From positions 27,577 to 91,576 of the forward strand of contig DHVS01000032.1 in the NCBI GenBank assembly GCA_002412795.1: DNA of 64,000 bases, written 5' to 3'. Every line of letters starts with the position of its first letter. Positions within the stretch are counted from its first letter, which is position 1. Position numbers and translations under genes: made by a program. The notes below the pieces were generated by a model. It saw nothing but the letters and a program-made list of their open reading frames with translations, searched no databases and was not told the origin of the DNA. Shown piece by piece: positions 55,955 through 64,000 of the stretch. The stretch comes from a bacterium UBP2_UBA5202 (GTDB lineage Bacteria; Edwardsbacteria; AC1; EtOH8).

Positions 55955-56147
55955 TTCTGGATGCCTCCAGCTTGTTCAGCGTAAGGTTCAGTCCGGTCCG
56001 GCCCAGGCGCTGCTTAAGGCTGACCATCCTTTTCTGGCGCACCAGTTCCTCCAGGGAAAGGTTTAACACCTGCCGCTTGGTCTTGGCGCCGGTCAGCCGA
56101 AAGGCTTCCTTCAACAAATGTTCGTCCAATTCAACCAATGTTTTCAT
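55944..56147 (-). CDS. vapB: VapB-type antitoxin
   Basis: 67-aa ORF overlapping vapC by 11 nt. Confidence 0.5.
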   Translation of the reverse strand: MKTLVELDEHLLKEAFRLTGAKTKRQVLNLSLEELVRQKRMVSLKQRLGRTGLNLTLNKLEASRNAR

Positions 56148-56192
56148 ATATACCTCCTATATATATAAATATAGGCCATTTATATATATAAG

Positions 56193-57122
56193 TCAAGCAA
56201 AAACTTTCTTTATTTTTTTCCGATCCCCGGCAATGGCCTGCTTCAGTTCCCTCAGGCTTTCGAACTTCTTGCCGGACCGGATGAATTTGTGAATCTCCAG
56301 TATCAGCTCCTTGCCGTAAAGGTCTCCCGGGTTCCCGAAGGCATTGAATTCTATCGCCCGGGCGCTTCTGCCGCCGAAGGTCGGCCGGCTCCCTATATAA
56401 AGCATCCCGTCATAGGCCTTTTTGCCAGTCAAAGCCCTGGCGGCATAGACCCCGTCCCCGGGGATGAGTTTCAGTCTATCGCGGATTTTTAGGTTGGCGG
56501 TGGGATAACCCAGTTTCCTTCCCATTCTCCTCCCCTTCACCACCCGGCCGCCGATCAGGTAGGGGTGGCCCAGCAATTTTACCGCCTGGTTAAAAAGGCC
56601 GTCCTGGATCTGCTTCCGGATCAGGGTACTGCCGATCTTTTTCTGCCGTGACTGGCAGGCGGCGATCCCCTCCGCCTTAAATCCGTATTTCAGCCCCAGC
56701 TGCTTCAGCAGCAAGATGTCTCCCCGGCGCCCGGCCCCGAACCCGCAGTCCTGGCCGCAGACCACCTTAGCGGCTCCCAGCCGGTTGACCAGTATTCTTT
56801 TTACAAACTGCTCCGGATCCATGGCGGCCATGCTTTGAGAGAAGCGGATCACGGCCATCACATCCGCCCCCATCCGGGAAAGAAGTTGTTTCTTCTCGTT
56901 TCCAGTGGTCAAAATGAACGGCTGGTTCGAACGGCGGAGAATCTTCTGGGGATGGGGCTCAAAGGTCAGCACCACGCTTTGATGGCCTGCCGCTTTGGCC
57001 CTGCCGACCAGTTTTTTTATCAGGGCCTGGTGGCCGCGGTGCAAGCCGTCAAAAACACCCAGGGCCACTACTGCTCCGGGATGCTTTTCGCCGAAGTTAT
57101 TGAGGCGGGTGATGGTCAGCAT
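56193..57122 (-). CDS. ribF: Bifunctional riboflavin kinase / FMN adenylyltransferase (start moved to MLTITRL..)
   Basis: GVFDGLHRGHQALI nucleotidyltransferase motif; C-terminal riboflavin kinase domain. Confidence 0.85.
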   Translation of the reverse strand: MLTITRLNNFGEKHPGAVVALGVFDGLHRGHQALIKKLVGRAKAAGHQSVVLTFEPHPQKILRRSNQPFILTTGNEKKQLLSRMGADVMAVIRFSQSMAAMDPEQFVKRILVNRLGAAKVVCGQDCGFGAGRRGDILLLKQLGLKYGFKAEGIAACQSRQKKIGSTLIRKQIQDGLFNQAVKLLGHPYLIGGRVVKGRRMGRKLGYPTANLKIRDRLKLIPGDGVYAARALTGKKAYDGMLYIGSRPTFGGRSARAIEFNAFGNPGDLYGKELILEIHKFIRSGKKFESLRELKQAIAGDRKKIKKVFA

Positions 57123-58084
57123 TGCGGTGCCAATACCGCCTGCGGTTTGAACACGTTGTTTTGGAGCGTACCCAAAGCCAGTATCTGGCCCTGATAGCGG
57201 GCCTTGATCTGTCCGGCGTCGGGATGGGAACATTCCACCTGGTTGCCGTGGCTTATCCTTTGGGCCTGTTCCGGGGATAATTCCAGGGATTCCAGAAAGT
57301 ACAGGGCCTGGTCTATGGAGAGTGCAGCGGATGCCAGCTCTGCTCTGCCGGCATTTCCGGACACGGCCCGGTCCAGGGTGAATTCTCCCACCGCCGTTCT
57401 GACCAGTTTTGACAGGACCGCACCGCAGCCCAATAATTTTCCCAGATCAAAGGCCAGCGAGCGGATGTAGGTCCCTTTGGAGCATTTGATTATAATGGTG
57501 ATCTCGGGCAATTCGACCGATTCCAGATTGATCCGCCGGATCTCCACCAGGCGGGGAACCAGCTCCACCGCTATTCCCTGGCGGGCCGTCTTGTACAAGG
57601 GCTGGCCGTCCTTTTTGATGGCCGAGAAGGCCGGCGGTGCCTGCCTGATGGAGCCCCGAAAGCTGCTTAACGCTTTCTCTATTTCGTCCCAGCTGAACTG
57701 GGGAACGTCTGAAGTGGAAAGGATCTGTCCGCTCAAATCATAGGTATCGGTGGTTATCCCCAGTTTGATGACTGCCAGGTATTCCTTGTCCAGGGCCTCG
57801 AAATATCTTGCGGCCCGGGTGGCCTGGCCGGTCAGTATTATCAGGATGCCGGAGGCATCTGGGTCAAGGGTTCCGGCGTGCCCGGCCTTCTTGATGCCCA
57901 AAAGCCGCCTGAGACTGGCTACCTGGGCAAAGGAGGTAGGTCCCGGCGGCTTGTTGACGATGTAAACCGAGCCTCCGCCTTCGCTAACGGGTCCGGCGAG
58001 TCCTGGCTTGCCTGCCGGAGCCCCCGCGAAGGCCGGGCGCAGTTGAACGCTGCTGCGGACAGATTCCGGTTGCTGACTGCTCAT
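57116..58084 (-). CDS. truB: tRNA pseudouridine(55) synthase
   Basis: KKAGHAGTLDPDASGIL catalytic-Asp motif; classical truB-ribF order. Confidence 0.9.
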   Translation of the reverse strand: MSSQQPESVRSSVQLRPAFAGAPAGKPGLAGPVSEGGGSVYIVNKPPGPTSFAQVASLRRLLGIKKAGHAGTLDPDASGILIILTGQATRAARYFEALDKEYLAVIKLGITTDTYDLSGQILSTSDVPQFSWDEIEKALSSFRGSIRQAPPAFSAIKKDGQPLYKTARQGIAVELVPRLVEIRRINLESVELPEITIIIKCSKGTYIRSLAFDLGKLLGCGAVLSKLVRTAVGEFTLDRAVSGNAGRAELASAALSIDQALYFLESLELSPEQAQRISHGNQVECSHPDAGQIKARYQGQILALGTLQNNVFKPQAVLAPQC

Positions 58085-59952
58085 GTCCGGGCCTTAAAAT
58101 ATTTTTCTGCCGAAGCCGCTATGCCCTGAACGCTGAGGCCGTTCTTTTCCAAAAGCAGCGGCCGCGGGCCGGCCTCCACGAAACTGTCGGGCAGGCCCAG
58201 CCGCTGGATATCGGTTTTCAAATGATGCCGGTTGGCCAGCTCCAGCACGGACGATCCAAAGCCCCCGGCCAGAACATTTTCTTCGATGGTCAGTACTTTT
58301 TTATGGCGGACCAGGATGTCGCGGATGGTTTCTTCGTCCAGGGGGCTGGCGAACCTGGCGTTCCATACCTCTATCTCCATACCCTTTGCTGCCAGGAGTT
58401 CCGCCGCCTGACGGCCCAGGGTGGCCCCGATGCCCAGCCCCAATATGGCCCCGTCCTTTCCCTCCCGCAGCTTTTCGGCCCGCCCTAAGGGCAGTTCCTG
58501 CGGGGCGGTCAGCCTGACCCCGAAACCGCTGCCCCGGGGATAGCGGATGGCCGAAGGGCCCTGATGTTTGAGGGCGGTCAGCAGCATGTCCTTCAATTCC
58601 TGCTCATCCCTGGGAGCCATCAAAAGCAGATTGGGAATGCAGCGCAGATAGGAGATGTCGAAAGGCCCGTGATGGGTGGGGCCGTCCTCGCCCACCAGCC
58701 CGGCCCGGTCTATTGCCAGCACCACCGGAAGCTTTTGGAGCGCTATGTCGTGGATGATCTGGTCGTAGCCCCGCTGTAAAAAAGTGGAGTAGACGGCCAC
58801 TACCGGCCGGAAACCACGGGCGGCCAGCCCGGCGGCAAAGGTCAAAGCGTGCTGTTCGGCGATGCCCACGTCATAGAACCTTTCCGGAATGGCCTCCCGG
58901 AAGATGTCCAGCCCGGTGCCCTCGGGCATGGCCGCGGTGATGGCCACGATCAGTGGATCCTTTAGCCCCAGTTCGGTCAGGGTCTGGCCGAAGACCTCTG
59001 TGTAGGAGGGAATGTCCGACTGGGTGCGGGAGTTGCCGGTCTCGGGATCGAAGGCCCCCACTCCGTGAAATTTTTCAGCATTGCTCTCGGCCGGGGCATA
59101 CCCTTTTCCCTTGGTGGTCAGCACGTGAAGCATGGTGGGGCCGGGCAGATCCTTGATCCGGTCCAGTATCTTGATCAAAGCCTGCAGGTCATGGCCGTCC
59201 ACCGGGCCTTCGTAATGGTAGCCCAGTTCTTCAAATGTCAGGCCGGGCACTATCAGGTTCTTGAACCCCTGGCGCAGGCGGCGGAACAGCACCCGGGTGG
59301 GCAGCCCTACGTCAGGCGGCAGGGTTCCCAGAAAATCCCAGACGTTTTTTTCAAAATTGGTATAGGCCGGAGCGGTGGTGATCCTGGTCAGATACTGGCC
59401 CAGGGCCCCCACCCGTTTGGAGATGGCCATCCGGTTGTCGTTCAAGACCACCAGCATGTTCTTCTTTAACTGGCCGGCGTGATTCAGGCCCTCAAAGGCC
59501 AGGCCCCCGGTCAGCGAGCCGTCGCCGATGATGGCCGCCACCCGGAAATTTTCCCCGGTCAGGTCCCGGGCGCAGGCCATTCCCAGGGCCGCCGAGATGG
59601 AGGTGGAGGCGTGCCCGGTGTCGAAGCAGTCATAGCAGCTTTCAACCCGCTTGGGAAACCCGCTCAGGCCCTGATAGGTCCGCACCGTGCAGAATTCCTT
59701 TTTCCTTCCGGTCAGGATCTTGTGGGCATAGGTTTGGTGGCCCACGTCCCAGATCAGCTTGTCCTCCGGAGTGTCAAAGACGTAGTGCAGGGCAATGGTC
59801 AGTTCCACCGTGCCCAGGCTGGGTGCCAGATGCCCGCCGTTCTTGGAAATCACGCTGATGATATGCTGTCGGACTTCTGAAGCCAGCTGCTGCAGCTGGG
59901 GCAGGTTGAGATCCTTCAGGTCGCTAGGATTATTTATATTGTCCAAAATCAT
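58081..59952 (-). CDS. dxs: 1-deoxy-D-xylulose-5-phosphate synthase
   Basis: TPP-binding GHQTYAHKILTGR and GDGSLTGGLAFEGLNHAG motifs; 623 aa. Confidence 0.9.
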   Translation of the reverse strand: MILDNINNPSDLKDLNLPQLQQLASEVRQHIISVISKNGGHLAPSLGTVELTIALHYVFDTPEDKLIWDVGHQTYAHKILTGRKKEFCTVRTYQGLSGFPKRVESCYDCFDTGHASTSISAALGMACARDLTGENFRVAAIIGDGSLTGGLAFEGLNHAGQLKKNMLVVLNDNRMAISKRVGALGQYLTRITTAPAYTNFEKNVWDFLGTLPPDVGLPTRVLFRRLRQGFKNLIVPGLTFEELGYHYEGPVDGHDLQALIKILDRIKDLPGPTMLHVLTTKGKGYAPAESNAEKFHGVGAFDPETGNSRTQSDIPSYTEVFGQTLTELGLKDPLIVAITAAMPEGTGLDIFREAIPERFYDVGIAEQHALTFAAGLAARGFRPVVAVYSTFLQRGYDQIIHDIALQKLPVVLAIDRAGLVGEDGPTHHGPFDISYLRCIPNLLLMAPRDEQELKDMLLTALKHQGPSAIRYPRGSGFGVRLTAPQELPLGRAEKLREGKDGAILGLGIGATLGRQAAELLAAKGMEIEVWNARFASPLDEETIRDILVRHKKVLTIEENVLAGGFGSSVLELANRHHLKTDIQRLGLPDSFVEAGPRPLLLEKNGLSVQGIAASAEKYFKART

Positions 59953-59970
59953 GTTTTTAATTTACTAAGA

Positions 59971-61005
59971 TTACAAACAATCTCTCAGTATGCTATCTAA
60001 ATCATCTGATTTCATTTTTTCAGATTTCCAAATTAGCTTTCCTTGTTTATTGATATATCCAATCCGATCCTTGAACCTCACCATAGCTACTTCACCTAAA
60101 TAATCACTAACCACATCATAATTGGTGGTAAGCCTTATAAAACCATTTACGTCAATATAACACCATCGGGTCTTATATTTAACACGCGCTAACCCTTCCG
60201 AAAAATTATATGCATCCTCGTATTGTGGCTGTATAATGTATCTACCTTCTTTGTCCGTATATCCGTATTTCTCGCTGACTTTTACGGCCGCTACACCGTC
60301 TTTAAAACTATTGGCAATTTCGTATTGAGGCATAACAACGATTTTACCAATGGTATTAATAAAACCATATCTATTGTCAACCTTTATTAGACCTAGTCCC
60401 TCCGTAAATGGCAAAGCAAAATCAAACACAGGGTTAATGATAAAAACACCCCGTTTGTTAATATAACCATATTTGCCCAAACTATCAACAGGTGCAAGCC
60501 CTTCAGAAAAATATGTAGGATTTTTATATTCTGGTACTATTATAATATTCCCATTTTCATCAATGTAACCACACTTACCGCCAATAATAACTGCAGCTAA
60601 AGAATCATTGAAGAAATTTGTATATTCAAACTTTGGGGTGATTACTTCTTCACCTTTTTTGTTGATATAACCCCATTTATCATTTACTTTAACTGCGGCC
60701 AAACCGTTACTAAAATAATATGCAAGTTCATATATAGGCTTGATTACGACATTGCCCATTCTATCTATAAACCCATATTTATTATTTATCTTTACGACCG
60801 CTAAACTATCAATATAATAACCAGCACTTTCAAATTGGGGCTTTATGACTGTTTTTCCCTTGTTGTCTATATACCCCCATTTTCCTTTAACGACAACTGG
60901 GTAAAGTTTGATCTTCCCTTTTTCTTTTTGTGAAAAAACAAGACCCGATATACAAAGCATTGCGCAAATTGTAAAAAATACAAACCTTACCTTAACTATT
61001 TGCAT
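59971..61005 (-). CDS. WG-repeat (KWG) family secreted protein, AT-rich
   Basis: About ten tandem repeats of ..KYGYI(D/N).(K/E)G..VI.P.YE.A..FSEGLA.V..; signal peptide; GC far below the window average. Confidence 0.7.
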   Translation of the reverse strand: MQIVKVRFVFFTICAMLCISGLVFSQKEKGKIKLYPVVVKGKWGYIDNKGKTVIKPQFESAGYYIDSLAVVKINNKYGFIDRMGNVVIKPIYELAYYFSNGLAAVKVNDKWGYINKKGEEVITPKFEYTNFFNDSLAAVIIGGKCGYIDENGNIIIVPEYKNPTYFSEGLAPVDSLGKYGYINKRGVFIINPVFDFALPFTEGLGLIKVDNRYGFINTIGKIVVMPQYEIANSFKDGVAAVKVSEKYGYTDKEGRYIIQPQYEDAYNFSEGLARVKYKTRWCYIDVNGFIRLTTNYDVVSDYLGEVAMVRFKDRIGYINKQGKLIWKSEKMKSDDLDSILRDCL

Positions 61006-61011
61006 TTTCGC

Positions 61012-61464
61012 TCATCCTATCAGGTAGTGAAACAAAATACCCCAGCCGATGCCCAGCAGGCATCCGGCCAAAACCTCGATCGGGGTGTGGCCCAGCAGTT
61101 CTATGATCTGCAGCCCCTGGGCCTTTTTTTTAAGGGTTCTGCTTTCCAGTATCCGGTTCAGGGCTATGGCCTGGCGGCCCACCGCCCGCCGCACTCCGGC
61201 CGCGTCGTACATCACCACAAAGGCCACATAGGCCGACAGGGCGAACAGCCAGCTGTCGAACCCGGCGCTTAATCCTATCATGATGGCCAGGGTGGCCGAG
61301 GAAGCGGCGTGGGAGCTGGGCATCCCGCCGGGCTCCAGGGTCCGCTTCCAGTTGAGCCGGCCCTCCCAGATTATTGAGGCAAAGGCCTTCAGTATCTGGG
61401 TGGACAGCCCGCTGGCGGCCACGGCCCACAGCAGCTTGTTATTTAGGATCTCCCAGAACGGCAT
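61012..61464 (-). CDS. Divergent PAP2 family (DUF212) membrane protein
   Basis: GGMPSSHAA motif and TM helices. Confidence 0.65.
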   Translation of the reverse strand: MPFWEILNNKLLWAVAASGLSTQILKAFASIIWEGRLNWKRTLEPGGMPSSHAASSATLAIMIGLSAGFDSWLFALSAYVAFVVMYDAAGVRRAVGRQAIALNRILESRTLKKKAQGLQIIELLGHTPIEVLAGCLLGIGWGILFHYLIG

Positions 61465-61575
61465 AGGTCAGTGAACGGATCGTTGGGATTTGATATTAGG
61501 GCCTGGTGTACAAAAGACAATAAGCAATAAGCAATGAACAGTGAACTATGAACGGCAAACACCAAACTGGTTAAG

Positions 61576-62835
61576 TTAGAACGTCCGGTTGACCATGTAA
61601 TCGGCCCACTGCATCAGAAGCTGCTTGTACTCCGTCTCCGGCATCGGCTCCAGCGCGTTGATGGCCTTGCGCACATATTTCTGGGCCAGCTCGGCGGCGT
61701 GCTCGATGCCGCCCAGTTTTACGAACAGCTTGGTCACATTTTTGACCTGGGCCGGGGTGGCCTTGGGATTGCCCAAAGTTTTCAGGATCAGGCTTCTTTC
61801 GGACCTGGAGGCCGCACTAAGCGAATGGTAGACTATCACCGTCCGCTTGCCCTCGCGGATGTCCGAACCCACCGGCTTGCCCAGGGTCTTCTCGTTACCC
61901 AGAATGCCCAGGATGTCGTCCTGGAGCTGAAAAGCCATTCCGCAGTGGGAGGTGAACTGGGACAGGGCCTCCACATAGGGGTGCTTGTTGTTGGGCTGGT
62001 CGATCCCGATCATGGCCCCGGCCTTGCCGGCGAACTGGTACAGGGCCCCGGTCTTCTTCCAGAGCATGGCCAGGATCTTTTCCTCGTTCAGCGATTCCAG
62101 CGGCATCTTGGAGTACTGGACATCCAAAGCCTCGCCCTCGATCAGGGCCGACTGGACGTCGATCTCCAGGTCCAGGATCAGCTGCAGCACCAGGATGGGG
62201 TTCACCCCCCGCTCCCGCACCAGTTCGGTCAGCAGCGCGATGGTCCAGCCCTGCTGCAGGTCCCCGGCCAGGATGGCCATGGAGGTTCCGTAGTGCCGGG
62301 CCTCCTCGCCCTTAAGCCCCAGACGCTTGGCGGCCCGCTGGGTCAGCTCCTCGTGCACCGTGGCCGCGCCCCGGCGCAGCTTGTCCCGGTCGATGATGTC
62401 GTCGTGGACCAGGGTCCAGGTGTGGTAGACCTCGATGGCCGCCGCCGCCGGCAGGGCTTTTTCCTCGTCGCCGCCCACCGCCCCGCAACAGAACAGGCAG
62501 ACCGCGGGCCGCAATGATTTGCCTCCTATGCCCAGGTAGCTGTGCATCCCCCGGTAGATGTCCTCGGGCAAAAACCTGTCGGGCCTGTCTTTTAATTTAA
62601 GATACTGGTGAACGCTCTCCTTGCGCTTCTTGACCTCTTCCAAAAGCCTGGCCAGGGGGCTGATCGGGACCGGGAGGGCCTTGGCTGTAGGCTTGCCCAC
62701 CTTCTTGGCGGCAGGCCTGGCTGGTTTCCTGACAACTGGCTTGACCGGCCGTTTGGCTACGGGCTTTTTGGCGGCAGCCTTGGGAGGGGTCTTGGATCTT
62801 ACCGTTTTCGCTTTTTTGGTTTTACTATTGCTCAT
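61576..62835 (-). CDS. Polyprenyl diphosphate synthase (FPP/GGPP synthase, IspA-like) with about 60-aa Lys/Pro/Ala-rich N-terminal extension
   Basis: First DDxxD (LVHDDIIDRD) and second (LQDDILGILG) aspartate-rich motifs; N-terminal KTKKAKTVRSKTPPKAAAKKPVAKRPVKP.. Confidence 0.85.
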   Translation of the reverse strand: MSNSKTKKAKTVRSKTPPKAAAKKPVAKRPVKPVVRKPARPAAKKVGKPTAKALPVPISPLARLLEEVKKRKESVHQYLKLKDRPDRFLPEDIYRGMHSYLGIGGKSLRPAVCLFCCGAVGGDEEKALPAAAAIEVYHTWTLVHDDIIDRDKLRRGAATVHEELTQRAAKRLGLKGEEARHYGTSMAILAGDLQQGWTIALLTELVRERGVNPILVLQLILDLEIDVQSALIEGEALDVQYSKMPLESLNEEKILAMLWKKTGALYQFAGKAGAMIGIDQPNNKHPYVEALSQFTSHCGMAFQLQDDILGILGNEKTLGKPVGSDIREGKRTVIVYHSLSAASRSERSLILKTLGNPKATPAQVKNVTKLFVKLGGIEHAAELAQKYVRKAINALEPMPETEYKQLLMQWADYMVNRTF

Positions 62836-63091
62836 TGGGACCCTCCTCCAATTTCATTGCTTCGGTTTTAAATTCCCCCTGGCCGGTCAGGGTAAGTTTT
62901 TTGATCTTGAAATTCACCTCGTTCAGGGAGGCTTTGGCCTGGCCCATCAGTTCCATACCTTCCTGATACAGGCCCAGGGCCTGGTCTATCTCCACTTCGC
63001 CGGATTCCAGCTTCTCCACGATCTGCTCCAGCCGCTTCAATGCTGTTTCCAGTTTGAAGTCTTTCGGCTGGTTTTTCTTTGCGGCTTTCAT
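62825..63091 (-). CDS. xseB: Exodeoxyribonuclease VII small subunit
   Basis: LKRLEQIVEKLESGEVEIDQALGLYQEGMEL pattern; 88 aa. Confidence 0.85.
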   Translation of the reverse strand: MKAAKKNQPKDFKLETALKRLEQIVEKLESGEVEIDQALGLYQEGMELMGQAKASLNEVNFKIKKLTLTGQGEFKTEAMKLEEGPNEQ

Positions 63092-64000
63092 CGGCCCGTC
63101 TCCTTAACTGTCGTTTTAGCCCATCCCCGGGAAAACTCTGCGGTCAAACTGTCTTCCGGTTTAATTGTTTTTGAGTCCTTGATCACCCGGCCCTGCTGAT
63201 CGCGGCAGATGCTGTAACCCCGGGCCAGCACCGAGCCGGGACCGAGAGCCGCCAGCGACAGGCTTAATCCGTCCAGCCTGGTTTTCAATAATCCCACCTG
63301 CCAGGACATGACCGCGCCCAGTTGTTTCTGGGTCCGGGCCAGCTGTTGCGATTTCTGTTCCACCAGGTCGGCCAGCCTCATCATCCCGTAACTGCGGCCC
63401 GCTGCTTTCAGCCGTTGCTCATACCGGGAGGCCAGCCACAGCAGGGCGTTCTTCATTCTGACGCCAAAATCCGAAAGACCCGATCTGACCTCGGCCAGGT
63501 CCGGCACCGCCAGTTCGGCTGCGGCCGAAGGGGTGGGGGCCCTGAGGTCGGCCACAAAATCGGCGATGGTAAAATCCACCTCGTGCCCAACTGCAGAGAT
63601 CACCGGAAGCTTGGATTCATAGATGGCCCGGGCCACCGCTTCCTCGTTGAAGGCCCATAGGTCCTCGGCCGATCCCCCGCCCCGGCCCACTATCAGGAAC
63701 TGTACCCGGCCGAAGCGGTTGAATTGTTCTATGGCCTGGGCGATCTTGTCCCCGGCCCCCAGCCCCTGCACCGGCACCGGGTTCAGGATCAACTGACACA
63801 GCGGCCAGCGGCGTTTTATGACCTTGATGATGTCCCGCAGAACCGCCCCGGTGGGCGAGGTCACCAGTCCGATGGCAGTGGGATATTTGGGAATGGGCCG
63901 CTTGTGTTCGGGATCGAAAAGCCCTTCCTGGAACAGTTTGTTCTTTAATCGTTCAAAGGCCAGGGCCAGTTCGCCCTGCCCCGCTATTTGAAGCTGCTGG
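63088..64000 (-). CDS. xseA: Exodeoxyribonuclease VII large subunit, 3' part (5' end beyond window)
   Basis: ORF remains open to the window edge; conserved xseA-xseB overlap; PTAIGLVTSPTGAVLRDI region. Confidence 0.8.
   Translation of the reverse strand, partial: QQLQIAGQGELALAFERLKNKLFQEGLFDPEHKRPIPKYPTAIGLVTSPTGAVLRDIIKVIKRRWPLCQLILNPVPVQGLGAGDKIAQAIEQFNRFGRVQFLIVGRGGGSAEDLWAFNEEAVARAIYESKLPVISAVGHEVDFTIADFVADLRAPTPSAAAELAVPDLAEVRSGLSDFGVRMKNALLWLASRYEQRLKAAGRSYGMMRLADLVEQKSQQLARTQKQLGAVMSWQVGLLKTRLDGLSLSLAALGPGSVLARGYSICRDQQGRVIKDSKTIKPEDSLTAEFSRGWAKTTVKETGR

Noticed and set aside
61699-62517. 272-aa plus-strand ORF opposite the prenyl synthase
   Set aside because: Antisense artefact. 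The sense strand carries both DDxxD motifs.
1-64000. CRISPR arrays, rRNA genes, integrases or transposases
   Set aside because: No regularly spaced direct repeats, no rRNA-like segments, and no recombinase motifs were seen in any ORF. The only mobile-element-like signals are the MITE-like inverted repeat and the orphan RHS cassette.

Overview
This 64 kb window is a high-GC (roughly 60%) chromosomal segment from a diderm bacterium. A large secreted protein carrying a type IX secretion (T9SS) C-terminal sorting domain points to the Fibrobacteres-Chlorobi-Bacteroidetes group, likely an uncultivated lineage. Standard genetic code, no CRISPR array, no rRNA.

Housekeeping genes found: tandem pilT paralogs, hemW, dacB, nadA, lpxK, tkt, arfB, ribF, truB, dxs, ispA-like, xseB and xseA (3' partial), plus a tRNA-Ala(GGC).

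Accessory content:
- A cAMP signalling island: two divergent standalone cNMP-binding proteins next to a 1265-aa class III adenylate cyclase fused to a STAND ATPase and TPR repeats.
- A GAF-sensor sigma54 enhancer-binding protein next to an AT-rich intergenic island. The island holds a 31-bp perfect palindrome and a good sigma54 -24/-12 match pointing at a winged-helix gene and a 1210-aa T9SS cargo protein.
- An inversely ordered duplication of a polysaccharide export module (Wza-like SLBB protein, Wzc-like tyrosine autokinase, novel secreted protein), two copies of each.
- A degenerate polymorphic-toxin locus: an orphan RHS C-terminal cassette with an HExxH zincin toxin tip in AT-rich DNA, a cognate immunity candidate, and a YD-repeat pseudogene.
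- A DUF4160/DUF2442 pair with an in-frame amber stop, and a VapBC pair.
- An unannotated 31-aa single-TM peptide gene behind an NSS transporter.
- A radical SAM/SPASM maturase-like enzyme with an N-terminal extension, next to a MITE-like inverted repeat.
- AT-rich genes interrupting the conserved xseB-ispA-dxs arrangement.

No sequence search was possible, so all family assignments rest on motifs read from the translations.
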